NCBI RefSeq assembly: GCF_001194135.2 | Contig: NC_068990.1 | Coordinates: 7,765,843-7,827,299, forward strand | Length of the DNA stretch: 61,457 nt | Origin: Octopus bimaculoides | Taxonomy: Eukaryota | Reading direction: 5' to 3' | Part shown: one piece after another, positions 26,014-37,594 of the stretch | Layout: each line of letters starts with the position of its first letter | How positions within the stretch are numbered: position 1 is the stretch's first letter | Translations under genes and position numbers: made by a program | The notes under the pieces: model-generated | Told to the model about the DNA's origin: nothing | Database searches by the model: none | Seen by the model: only the letters and a program-made list of their open reading frames with translations

Positions 26014-27011
26014 CCGCGCGCACGCACGCAAATATACATACGTATATAAAAGAATTTTAATGCGAGCAGACAGAATGAACAAGCTTTATTACAAATCCCT
26101 ACAATTGTTTTGACGTATCAGCTGGCAATTGCTGAATGTTCCATATATTATACACGTTAATGCGATCCAACAATGCACGTCTTCAGGTAAGTAGAATCCA
26201 AAGCACTGCTAGATCATCTTCAGTTTCACTTTGTTTTATACCCACACCATTATGGTAATTTTAACATTCGATTGACGAAGAACAACAGGAAAATACAAAG
26301 ACATTCAAATGAGAAAAATACCAAATTTAAATTATTGAAAATACATCAGATCTGACAGATCTGTCTCGACTTTTAAGAAAATAAATGAACATTCTAAGAT
26401 AATAACGTCGTAAAATAATAAATGTGAACAATTACTTGCCCCTTGTGTCTGTTACTCATACCGGACTTTGTCACAGTTTCTCTACAAGTCTTTAAGAGAG
26501 ACTATCAAATCAAGAATATTTACTTCTATGCACCCATATACATACATTTACTTGACTCTAATTTACGTACATATATCTATCCAGACAAGCAGTTACACTT
26601 TTTGTTCTCATGAGTGTATATTTTTTCATACTACTCCATTTATAAACCTCCGAATGCACTCATATAAAATTGTTTTCTATATTTATAGCCATTCATTTAG
26701 AATTTTAAGTATATACTAAAAAATAAAAAGACAAACAATATATAATGTCCTGAGAGAACATTATTAAGTCTGATCGTTCAGATCTACGTAGTTCTATAAA
26801 TCGTGATAGTTCTATAAATCGTATGATAATGTAACAATGAAAATACATGCCATATTCATGGCAGGTCTCGCAAGTTCATATATACCAGGATATCATGATA
26901 AAGAGATCTCTCCTATAGCTCTTACACTTTTAATCAAATACTTTTACACACATACAAATTATTATGAAATTACGTAATTTAGGTAAACAACAATATAATC
27001 ATACTAATAAT

Positions 27012-27208
27012 AATTTTAAATTTTGGTACAAGGCCAGCAAGTTCGGAGGAGGCGGGTTGAACTGATTACATCGACTTCAGCGTTCGATTGATGGTTATTT
27101 TACCAACCCCGAAAGGATAAATGGTGAAGTCGACTTCGGCGGAATTTGAACTCAGAACATGAAGCATTTTGTCCGACGAGCTAACGGTTCTGCTAGCTCG
27201 CTGTCTTT
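27012..27208 (-). mobile_element. SINE family B
   Basis: AACCCCGAAAGGATAAA..GTCGACTTCGGCGGAATTTGAACTCAGAAC...GCTAACG.TTCTGCTAGCTCGCTG. Confidence 0.85.
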
Positions 27209-28910
27209 GTAATCATATTAATAACGATAATGAAAACCCCTCAATTAGTACATTTTTGAGTAAAACGGTAGATTGATGTAATAGTGGAAACCACAAGTTT
27301 CCTCTAATGTCCAAAAATGAGCTTTTAAATCTATGGTTACATGTTAGGACAATTTCATAGCGCTTGTCGATAATGTCATTACATAATATAATATATAGCG
27401 TTTCTTCTAAGCAAATGTCACACGCTTTTGAGTATATATTATATATGTGGTATCGAGAGTAAATTTTCAGCCACTACACCTGTTTGATACCATAGATTTC
27501 CACCGTTCAATATCAAAATCTTATTCTTTAAAGGATCTAAATTTTGTGAAGCAATTCTCCATGATCAGTGACCATGACATCAAAATACTGAAAATCACTA
27601 AGAAGTCAGTCTTTCTCTCGATGATATCTACTGGGTGGCACACAGTTCGACCTCTCCACTTGAAGCTGCGATGGGACTGATGTTGTTGACTTCATGGGGC
27701 AGTTCATCCTGGATAATCTCAGCAAATCGCACAAACTCACTAATCGGCACTATACAAGGACCATGGCCTGATCAAATATAACCATATGGACGGTTACGCT
27801 CTGTATGAATCCAGACTAGCTGTTATTAACAGTTTTAAAGTGTTTGGCTTATCTACTATGTTCACCACCAACTTAATAATATTTCGCATCTTAGATTCTA
27901 CTCTGGACCTCGAAACGGAGAAGTATTACCACTACAAAAAAAAAAATGAAAAATGAAAAATGAAGGAGGAAACTCTCTATATTCAGAAACTTGATCACAG
28001 ATATCAGCAGAAAGACTACCAACTTACCATTGCATAGAGAGACGTTTAAGAGGGTACCACCTGACTATAAAGAAGTTCTAGTAGAATTGCTTTTTATGCT
28101 ATGTTATCTCCAAACCTAAGAAAGTTACGAAAAGATAATCTCATATAAGCTCTTACTGTAGATAGAATTTTCCTAATTTTAATTAAGCAGATTTTTCAGG
28201 AAATCCATAGATATAAAGCTTTTCGCATACTATTAAGATCATCTATTTCTGTTTAGATAATATCGCTTCCAGCGTTGAACGCTATAATTAAACAAACATG
28301 CATCCACACAATCTCCATTCCACACTCCCTCATGCAACTTTCGCAGTCTATATAGATGTCCACTGGGAGGGGTTTGCCTAACGAAAGCTGTAGTTTATAG
28401 AGACCCTTCATACTAACCGATGGTATTGCGCGCCATTAAATGGGCACAATAGCCAATAACTCTAAGGGCACATACTCACTTCATATGTACTTCTTCAGAA
28501 GTAAGGAGAAGAAGAGCTTGTCCCGATTCATCTGGAGATTCAAGACCACAGTTACACCTAAGCTGATATCAAATGGATTATAATCGACATGATCTCGCCT
28601 TACACACGCAGTGCTCGAAAGTACCAACTATGCCTCCGTGAAAAACTGCGCATACTTCAATAACCTACAATAGCCATTAACATAGAGGAGGGTATTTTAT
28701 ATTGCTATCATTGGCGATACGCACTTTTGATACATTTCAAGCCATTGACCTTCGACAATTTCGATATACAAAACTGTGTGTTTGTGCATGTGTGTGTGGG
28801 GGAGTGTGTAGAAAATTGAAAGCTATGGCCGGTCATAGAGTAACAATTGGTTTCGCAGTATGACTGGCCGTAACTTTTAACTTCCTAAAATATATGTTAC
28901 TGCCCTAATG

Positions 28911-29128
28911 CAGTGATTCCCAATGGGAGCCAGTGGGGCCTAGGAAAAATTGTAGTGGGACATGGGATACAAATTTTTTTTTTTTTTAGTGGGACATGGA
29001 GTTGTGAAAATAGTTTTTCACAGCAAATATATTATACCTATACTTGTTTTTCTTTCAGCCACCCATGGGGCATACAATTTTCTGGAAAGTTATAGTGGAG
29101 CTTGGGGGAAATAGGTTGGGAAATACAG
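28911..29128. mobile_element. Older hAT-like MITE
   Basis: CAGTGATTCCCAA ... TTGGGAAATACAG (10/13 TIR match). The putative 8-bp TSD is eroded (CCCTAATG vs CTTTAGAG). Confidence 0.5.
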
Positions 29129-29259
29129 CTTTAGAGTGTTATTTTTCTTTGGATATATGAACTACTGATGATGTATATGTGTGTGTGTGCGCGTGTGTGC
29201 ATGTAGTATTTTAAAATCGGAAACACGACAAGTATCTTTTATCAATTTTCATTTGCTCT

Positions 29260-29430
29260 AGTCATTGCACTCCGACTGTACAGGGACACTACCCTGAATG
29301 GTTTAGTCGAGCAAATGGACACAAAACTTAATTTTTAAAGTCTGGTATTTATTCTATCGGTTTCTTTAGCCAAACTGCTAAGTTACAAGAACTTAAGCAA
29401 ACTAACACCCATCGGTCAGTGTTTGCAAAC
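29260..29430 (-). mobile_element. SINE family A, degenerate 3' body
   Basis: GTCATT..ACTCCGAC...TTTAGTCGAGCAAAT.GAC...TATTCTATCGGTTTCTTTAGCCAAACTGCTAAGTTAC. Confidence 0.7.
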
Positions 29431-29595
29431 ACAAAAGGATATATAGATTTTCATACACAGAATGGGATTTCATACACTTTCCGCCAACCAAATTCATTAT
29501 AAAAGTATTAGTCAGGCCGCGAAGAGAGACCGAAATCGAAACCTCGTGATTGCACAAAGAGCTTCTTTGCTATGCCTGCACTTAAAAGAGGAAAC

Positions 29596-29616
29596 AAAAA
29601 AAAAATTAAAATAAAA
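29596..29616 (-). terminator. Pol III oligo(T) terminator of tRNA-Gly
   Basis: On the minus strand, TTTT begins 9 nt after the tRNA 3' end (29613-29616), followed by a T10 run (29596-29605). Confidence 0.75.
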
Positions 29617-29624
29617 CCTTAATT

Positions 29625-29695
29625 TGCATCGGCCGGGAATCGAACCCGGGCCGCCCGCGTGGCAGGCGAGCATTCTACCACTGAACCACCGATGC
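29625..29695 (-). tRNA. trnG-GCC: tRNA-Gly(GCC), intronless, 71 nt
   Basis: Minus: GCATCGGTGGTTCAGTGGTAGAATGCTCGCCTGCCACGCGGGCGGCCCGGGTTCGATTCCCGGCCGATGCA. Acceptor stem GCATCGG/CCGATGC, GCC anticodon, intact A and B boxes, discriminator A. Confidence 0.98.
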
Positions 29696-30169
29696 AACTG
29701 CTTATTTTGCAGGCCTAATATATATATATAAATATATAATAATATATAAGTTAAAAGCTTTCTGTTCGCTCTTCACAGAAAGATATCAGTATCCTAATCT
29801 ATTGAAATACTGAAATGTATTGATCCTATTCTGTTCTGTTAACGTTTATCATATACAGGCCCTTCTTCTATATTTACGTGCATTGGCTGGAATTATCCAA
29901 AGATTTCCTTATGATTGTGTTTATGATACGTGTATGCTTCCATTCACAGACCTCTATTTAAAAGTGATAATCTTTCATTTCCATTAATGGCTGATACGGT
30001 ATATTTGTTTAAATATTGGTGAAAATAGAAATGGTAAATTCGAATTGCCTGTATCTGTTACTTTAGAAACAGGTACATTTGTCTGTCCTTCTGGCCGTCT
30101 GTCTATCTTTCTATACACTACCTGTTTCTCACTCTGTGTCTGTGTGTGTGTGTGTCTTTTATGTTATAT

Positions 30170-30345
30170 CTTACTTGTTTCAGTTTTTCACACTGCGGCC
30201 ATTCTGGAGGCACCGCTTTGAAACGTTTCAGTCGAACGAATGGACACCAGTATTTATTTTTTTTTTAAGCTTGCTATTTTTTCTATCGGTCTTTGGCCGA
30301 ACCGCTTGGTTACAACTCCAAGCGGTTGTTGGGGACAAACACATC
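30170..30345 (-). mobile_element. SINE family A, 3' body
   Basis: TACTTGTTTCAGT...CTGCGGCCAT.CTGGAGGCACCGCTTT...AGTCGAACGAAT.GAC...TTCTATCGGTCTTTGGCCGAACCGCT...GGGGACAAACAC, then (CATA)n. Confidence 0.8.
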
Positions 30346-30840
30346 ACACATACACGCATACATACATACATACATACATACACACATACATGCATACGAA
30401 CACTCATACATGCATATATCCATGATTGCCGAGAGAGATTGTGACGTAGAATCCACGCTGGAACACCACCGGTGACTTTTTTCTAAATTTATTTACTTTG
30501 GTAGATTTGGCCAGTTGAAATTTGTATCAGTTTTGTTCTGGCATCTACCAACGTACTTGCATTTTATTTTAGTCGTGAAACTGACTTATATGCTAGTTTC
30601 AAAATCTTCAACTAAATTTTTGTATGCTTGTAAGCAAGATGAAAATAATCACTATGAATTTGAAGGTGAGAGGAGAAAGGAAACGTACTTATCTCCCCCA
30701 TGTATCAACAAGTAACAGAATCTGTTAGCAAACGGGTAATTTGATGGTGAGGTTGATGTCTATCTCTTTCGGACATAGGACTTTTTCTGTTTGGCTACCC
30801 ATTTTCAGTTTCTTCAATTTGTGTTCGAATTGATTTCATA

Positions 30841-31596
30841 TTCGGTGTAAATAATGTAGTTTTCCAAACCGAATCTCAGGAGATATTTCACTTTTCCCAG
30901 AAAATGTTTCAAAGAAAGTTATAGAAGTTTAAAATTTTGATAATTTTTTTCCGAGTCAGAAAACATATTCGGTGTAATGATGTAGTTTTATATGCTAATC
31001 AATGCCATGGAATTCATAAATCAATAAATAAAGAGTTATTAGTTTTTAAAGTTTTCAAATTTGGGTAATTGTAGTCAATCGTAAGCCACAGACACATTCA
31101 TGCATGTTTCCATAGTAACAAACCAAACAGGAGAACTCTTTTGCATGCGAGATAGAACGTGTTGAAAAATACATTCTACGCGAAGGCATTTGCGTCGACA
31201 TTGCGTTCTGCTGTTTGTTCCCATCTGCTGCTTGTACCCTGGTCGAGAGACGTGCTAAAGATAATACCTAAATAGGCCTTAAATCACGCCCCGCCACCCA
31301 ATTTTTGTTTTGGTTTTGCATAATCGTATGAATTACCGAGTGTAGAATACAAATTCGCAAACATTTTATGAAAATTCCAAAAATTATAAAAGCTATGTCG
31401 TGCGTAAAGCAAAAGTTGATTTATTTAGTTTCGTATTAAAACACGACCCGCATAATATGATGGCTTCCAAATCCTGTTTTCTGATTGGGGAAAAATTATC
31501 AAACTTTAAACTTCTATAACTTTCTTTCAAAAATTTTCTGGAAAAAATGAAATATCACCTGAGATTCGGCTTGGAAAATTACATTAATACACTGAA
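30841..31596. mobile_element. Element with ~125-bp inverted repeats (foldback or MITE-like)
   Basis: 30841-30965 is the reverse complement of 31475-31596, sharing TTTTCCAA.CCGAATCTCAGG.GATATTTCA.TTTT.CCAGAAAAT.TTT.AAAGAAAGTTATAGAAGTTTAAA.TTTGATAATTTTT..C.A.TCAGAAAACA. Spacer is ~510 bp. Confidence 0.8.
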
Positions 31597-32191
31597 TTTT
31601 AAAGTTTTCAATAAAATTTGAAATTTCCTTCCGCAGCTGCAGCCAAAGCAGAAAAGATCCCAGACTTGTGCAACAAAGCAACAACACCATCAGCAAGAAG
31701 AGCAACATCAGCACCAACAACAATATGAATTATGATAACACCCGAAAGAAAGTGAACAGCCGCAAAGAGAACATGAACAAAAGTAGCAGCAACAACAGCA
31801 ATGATTAGCCCCTCTTCAACCCCCGTCCCCCAGCTGAAATGTCATTTGTGTCAATTACAAACTAGTGATCCCATCCCTGTATTTTAACAATTCCGGCTGT
31901 TCTTTCTAATAATAAGCCTGCTAGATCAATGAATGGGTATTTGATTGAATACTTCTAGTGGCTTCTCTACATCCTTAAAAATCTTAGATATAGCTCTGTA
32001 ATGTCTCGTTTCCTGTGTTACAGATTCTGCAGTATATCTTTGTATTTGGGAGAGTCACTTATTGATGGTATGATCGTTTCAAGTGTGTTTTCTTTTGTAA
32101 AGTGCTATGTTTATTTTATATGGTACATTCTGTTGCGCCACTTTCAATGATTTCTGATTGTTCAGTCGTGTTGTTTGTTTTATTTACAGTA

Positions 32192-32265
32192 TCTATATAT
32201 ATAAAAATGAGAATGTGTGTCTGTCTGTCTGTCTGTCTGTCTGTGTGTCTGTCTGTCTGTCTGTG

Positions 32266-32304
<39 letters not shown>

Positions 32305-33322
32305 GTGAATCCCTAAAACTCGAGAACTACGCAACCAATTTCATTCAAATTTTACACATGCCTTACTTAGGGTTCCAGTTGTGTTTTAGTCAAAATAAAT
32401 TATTAACTTCTTGCAGAGTTCGAGCACACGGCAACATAATATCTCCTCCACTATTTAAGTATTACGTGTCAAAAGTGAAACAAAAACACTCATGTCAAAT
32501 ACTTTCACTTTAAAAATGAAACTATTCCACTAACTGAAACAATCACGTTTCGATACTNNNNNNNNNNNNNNNNNNNNNNNNNNNNNNNNNNNNNNNNNNN
32601 NNNNNNNNNNNNNNNNNNNNNNNNNNNNNNNNNNNNNNNNNNNNNNNNNNNNNNNNNNNNNNNNNNNNNNNNNNNNNNNNNNNNNNNNNNNNNNNNNNNN
32701 NNNNNNNNNNNNNNNNNNNNNNNNNNNNNNNNNNNNNNNNNNNNNNNNNNNNNNNNNNNNNNNNNNNNNNNNNNNNNNNNNNNNNNNNNNNNNNNNNNNN
32801 NNNNNNNNNNNNNNNNNNNNNNNNNNNNNNNNNNNNNNNNNNNNNNNNNNNNNNNNNNNNNNNNNNNNNNNNNNNNNNNNNNNNNNNNNNNNNNNNNNNN
32901 NNNNNNNNNNNNNNNNNNNNNNNNNNNNNNNNNNNNNNNNNNNNNNNNNNNNNNNNNNNNNNNNNNNNNNNNNNNNNNNNNNNNNNNNNNNNNNNGCTTC
33001 TCACATGGACAACTGTATGTTGGCTGCTCAAGAGTGGGCAGCAACAAAAAACCTATTTGTATATGCTCCACAAGGGAAAACAAGGAACATAGTTTACAAT
33101 GAGGTGTTATAATCACAACAGCAAGAAAGTATGTACATGATCACGTTCTTTTACGAAATTTCATTGACTTTCATATATTTATATTGATATACATATATAT
33201 ACGTGTTTTTGGGTGCGTGTGTGTATATACATCTCTATATATAAAGATGATGCGTAGTCTAGACGGCGTTTTTAGATTTCATTATTCTCTTTAACCCGGG
33301 CAACGCCGGGTATTTCTGCTAG
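32192..33322 (+). mobile_element. Non-autonomous, probably composite Helitron
   Basis: 5' end A|TCTATATATATAAAAATGAG followed by (GTCT)n. Internal helicase relic. 3' hairpin ACCCGG-GCAACG-CCGGGT (33294-33311) followed by CTAG (33319-33322). Contains an N gap at 32559-32995. Confidence 0.85.
32998..33112 (+). pseudogene. Helitron RepHel (PIF1-family helicase) C-terminal relic
   Basis: FSHGQLYVGCSRVGSNK, then +1 frameshift in an A6 run, NLFVYAPQGKTRNIVYNEVL*. This is the SF1 helicase terminal motif and the conserved KNIVY tail of Helitrons. Not in the ORF track. Confidence 0.9.
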
Positions 33323-34124
33323 CATATTATATTTCAATGTTTGGGGTTACTGCTCATTACAAATCTCCATACTTTTGCAAATGTATTCGCATTTATACAC
33401 TTCCTTACTTTAATAGTGCTCGAAGGTGATGCTTAATTTGAATGGGACACGTTAATACACTGTTAACTGGTCCAATTTTATGTTTTTATTTTGTCTATAT
33501 TTTAGAGGTTAGTGGCGAGAAACGAGCCTTTTTGTTCGGAGATCATGCTTTGTGATATAACGGCTTTTGTATCCTCTGTTACATTATTTTCGTATCAAAA
33601 ACACATTAATCATCCGCTGCGAAATGCATTACACGTCATAACTCACCCTGTCGTGTTATTACTTAACCATGGTCATTGTTGATTTGTATTTAATTAGCAT
33701 TGGACTACGACAGATTTGTTCAGTTTGCTTTGGAATGTTTCATTTGTTTTACTTTTGTTTGTGTCCAAATGGACATTTTGCTCTTTACTTTACCTTGAAA
33801 GTTAACGTCCCTTCAGTTTTCTATTTCTTTATGAACTGAAATCATTCAAGAAATATATTTTGTGTGAAGTAATAAAATTTAACACGTAGTTCATCTGTTT
33901 TTACATAGCGTGGCTATTGTTGTGTGTCTCGATTTATTTCGTTCGTATTGAAGAGTTTGTTTCACTTTTATTTTGTTTATCCTACTCGCTCACATGTTTC
34001 ATATTTCTCAATTTGTTTTATGCTATGTAAACAATATATTTTCTGCGTAACAACCACATATGAGTCATGAACCAGATATCAATTCTACTTACTGGGATCG
34101 TTTCTTTGTGTTTGCATTCATATA

Positions 34125-34291
34125 GCCGCAGGAGTGACTGTGTGGTAAGAAGCTTGCTTCCCAACCACATGGTTCCGGGTTTAGTCTTACTGCGTGGCAA
34201 CTTGGGCAAATGTCTTCTACTATAGCCTCGGGTCGACCAAAGCCTTGTGAGTGGATTTGATACGCGGAAACTGAAAGGAGCCCGTCGTATT

Positions 34292-34324
<33 letters not shown>

Positions 34325-34326
34325 GT

Positions 34327-34371
<45 letters not shown>

Positions 34372-34631
34372 NNNNNNNNNNNNNNNNNNNNNNNNNNNNN
34401 NNNNNNNNNNNNNNNNNNNNNNNNNNNNNNNNNNNNNNNNNNNNNNNNNNNNNNNNNNNNNNNNNNNNNNNNNNNNNNNNNNNNNNNNNNNNNNNNNNNN
34501 NNNNNNNNNNNNNNNNNNNNNNNNNNNNNNNNNNNNNNNNNNNNNNNNNNNNNNNNNNNNNNNNNNNNNNNNNNNNNNNNNNNNNNNNNNNNNNNNNNNN
34601 NNNNNNNNNNNNNNNNNNNNNNNNNNNNNNN

Positions 34632-34680
<49 letters not shown>

Positions 34681-34922
34681 GTATGGATGGATGGATGGAT
34701 GGATTTGTGTGTCTGTGTTTGTCCCCCATCAACTCTTGACAACCGACGTTGGTGTGTTTACATCTCCGTAACTTAGCAAAAGAGACCGATAGTGTAAGTA
34801 CTGGGCTTACAAAGAATAAGTCCTGAGGTCGATTTGTTCGACTAAAGACGGTGTTCCAGTATAACCGCAGTCAAATGACTGAAACAAACAAAAGAATAAA
34901 AGAATAAAAGAATAAAAGAATA
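34125..34922 (+). mobile_element. Full-length SINE family A with internal compound microsatellite
   Basis: tRNA-like head at 34125-34290; (TATC)(CA)[gap](TA)(TATG)(TGGA) at ~34291-34700; 3' body at 34700-34885; tail (AAAAGAAT)x4. Confidence 0.85.
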
Positions 34923-35070
34923 TGTTACTTTTAACTTTTGTTTATCCAAAATGCTTCTTCATTCGTTTATGCAATCGTTTATTATTACTCAAAATCTCTT
35001 TTGCGTGCGTAATAATCACATCGAGATATACGATAGGTATCTGTTGTGACGTTCTAATCATTCAAACAAT

Positions 35071-35210
35071 ATTTACATTATTTACGTTTGACGGATATTT
35101 GTCCTCATCTTGTTTGTTGTTAACATAACGTTTCGGCTGATATATCCTCCAGCCTTCATCAGGTGTCTTGGGGAAACTTCGAACCTGGGTTCTCGTTCCT
35201 AAGGTATTTT

Positions 35211-35276
<66 letters not shown>

Positions 35277-35300
35277 TCACTGCCTGGAATNNNNNNNNNN

Positions 35301-35348
<48 letters not shown>

Positions 35349-35392
35349 CGAAAAATACCTTAGGAATGAGAACCCAGGTTCGAAATTTCCCC
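35071..35392 (-). mobile_element. Penelope-like-element-related repeat with partial inverted duplication
   Basis: Carries a CCTGATGAAGG..CCGAAACGT hammerhead core. 35170-35212 and 35350-35392 are 43-bp inverted repeats (2 mismatches) around (ATT)n, a 10-N gap and (AAT)n. Confidence 0.7.
35122..35167 (-). ncRNA. Minimal type I hammerhead ribozyme motif (Penelope-type)
   Basis: Minus: GACAC CUGAUGA A GGCUG-GAGGAUAUAU-CAGCC GAAA CG UU AUGUU. Catalytic core, 5-bp stem II and palindromic stem III (AACGUU) are present. Stem I has an A-C mismatch next to the cleavage site. Confidence 0.7.
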
Positions 35393-35559
35393 TGACGCAA
35401 GATGGCCTTGACCATTTCCCCCACAAGTAAATTGCAGCGTTTGTTGCGCGAGTGCTCTGAAAAAAAAAAGAAAAAAAGAAAAAAAGAAAAAAAGAAAAAA
35501 AGAAAAAAAGAAAAAAAGAAAGGGTGAACTTAGCCTTTGGATGGGTGTTCGTGGCAGAG

Positions 35560-36090
35560 ACTTAGCATGAGAAAAAGTTACACTTCGATGTATGGAAGAT
35601 TGCAGCGAGAGAAATTCGACTCCAAATGTGTGAGACATTATTCCGAGCTATTTACAAGGAGTAAAGAGCTGGAGACAACCAGCTTCGATGTCTTTCTTTA
35701 AGGCTTGCTGCAAATCTGAGCAGAAAATGCAGAGTAAAACAAAACAAAAAAAACAAAACAAAACAAAACGAAGAGAAATAAAATAAAATAAAAATAAATA
35801 AAAAGATAAGTAAAACAAACAGAATTCATAGATGAACTAGCAGACGTATTATGCGGTTGTGTAATAAACAAATAGCCGACACTGGAGTGCTTGCTGATTG
35901 CTTGAAAGGTCAGCAATTTTATTGACAGCAGTTTATTATAAGTTGGAGCAAACTGAAAGTAATCCAAGTGGTGTCAGATGAAGAGTGGTGATACTATTGA
36001 TGAATGACCCAAGTAAAGAGGATCTTATGACTTCTGTCCCATAATCATGCTGGAAAGAGATTTAAATATTTTGGCTACTCGAGTGAATCC
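35560..36090 (+). pseudogene. Tx1/L1-like LINE ORF2 (RT N-terminal region) remnant
   Basis: Fragments read NK*PTLECL (~NKSPGLDGL), PSGVR*RVVILLMNDPSKED and DFCPIIMLERDLNILA (~NFRPITLLN.D.KILA). Confidence 0.6.
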
Positions 36091-36627
36091 TATGAGTAAT
36101 CGGGAACGGTCCAATCGTCATGGTGTGGGGGATAACTGAAATGAAGTTCGACTCCACAATTCTGGAAGAGCAACAAGATGTTACGAGAGTATACATTAAC
36201 CCTCACAAGTCATAGTTTGCCGCTCTATAACAGGAGATCAGAGTTTGAATCAGAGTTCCAGGATGATAAAATAGTCTAATATAAAAATAGGCTGAGAGGA
36301 ATTTCAAAAGAGACTAGAGTCATTGGTTACACCAGGCGGAAATCCAGGCGAGAGAAATGAGTGATAGAGAAGAATATATTGAAAGTACACTTGGACGTTT
36401 TCGGACGAGACAAAATGTGGTCAAAGGAAAAAAAGATAAAATAGATATTTTAGAAAAAAGATTTTTAAAAAAAAAAAGATAGAGGAGGGTGAGAGATTTA
36501 TGTCTCAGATATATGCTACAATGTTGAACTGAAGTCCACGTATAGATGAAAATGTATAACCAAGGAGTGTTGGTCATCATTGAAGACAATTTCGTAGATT
36601 TACTGGGATTAAATACTGGGATTAAAA

Positions 36628-36714
36628 GCAGCAGCAGTAGCAGCAGTAGCAGCAGTAGCAGCAGTAGCAGCAGTAGCAGTAGCAGCGGCAGTAGCAGCAG
36701 CGACGTCGACGACG

Positions 36715-36748
<34 letters not shown>

Positions 36749-36750
36749 AA
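36628..36750. repeat. (AGC/AGT)n plus (GAC)/(AAC)n trinucleotide repeat
   Basis: Directly visible. It produces the poly-S/poly-N and poly-L ORFs in the track. Confidence 0.95.
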
Positions 36751-37226
36751 ACACCAACAAGTGTGCTATGAATTGGTTCATTATGAAATGTTTTTCAGAT
36801 CGATAAAACCGAATCTTGGCACGCGGTTCATTTCATGACAATCAGGCTTCATTTATTTGAACGTGTAACGAGCATGATTGCCTTCGCCAATATGGTGATT
36901 CTTTAAGCGAAGAGAGTTTTAACGATTACATTGCATCTTCGTTGTTTTACTTCGGAAACATTTCTTTTTGATGTCACATTATTGGCTTGCACCTAGTGAG
37001 ACACCGGGGAGAAAATATAAACAAATTTCATTGACAGCAACGTGTCAGCTATTTTCCATAAGAAAAATCAGAATCATTTTATTTCGTTCCATCATTTTCA
37101 TTGAAACTAATAGAATAAGATGATAATGAAGACAATATTCATAATTATTACGATGATATTGATGATGATAATGATAATAATGATAATAATAATAATCATA
37201 ATCATAATGTTGTATAGGTACATGCG

Positions 37227-37308
<82 letters not shown>

Positions 37309-37563
37309 GTAAGTGTGTTTTATATGCGTGTATATATACCCTGTACTACATTCTATGTTTTTATATATTTCATTTCCTATTCAGTCTTCTGTACAAGTGT
37401 ACAAGTACATGAATATATAAATAATTATACATATATTTTCGAGAAATATATTAAGTATCACGCATGAAACTCTAGACCCTCGAGTCACTTACATACATAG
37501 CTAATTATCTGACTATTACCCTTTTCCCTTTCTCTCACTTTCGCTCTCTCTTCCTTTCTCACC

Positions 37564-37594
<31 letters not shown>

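Noticed and set aside
25496-26113. 205-aa plus-strand ORF without Ns
   Set aside because: It is built from TA/CA repeats plus the antisense of a family E SINE, with no recognisable protein.
26119-26192. Possible small exon ending CAG|GTAAGT
   Set aside because: The donor looks strong but the acceptor is weak, the peptide is unrecognisable and no partner exons were found. Such motifs occur by chance. The CCTGAAGA on the minus strand also lacks a hammerhead GAAA.
29512-29697. 61-aa minus-strand ORF (MHRWFSGRMLACHAGG...)
   Set aside because: It is a conceptual translation of the tRNA-Gly gene.
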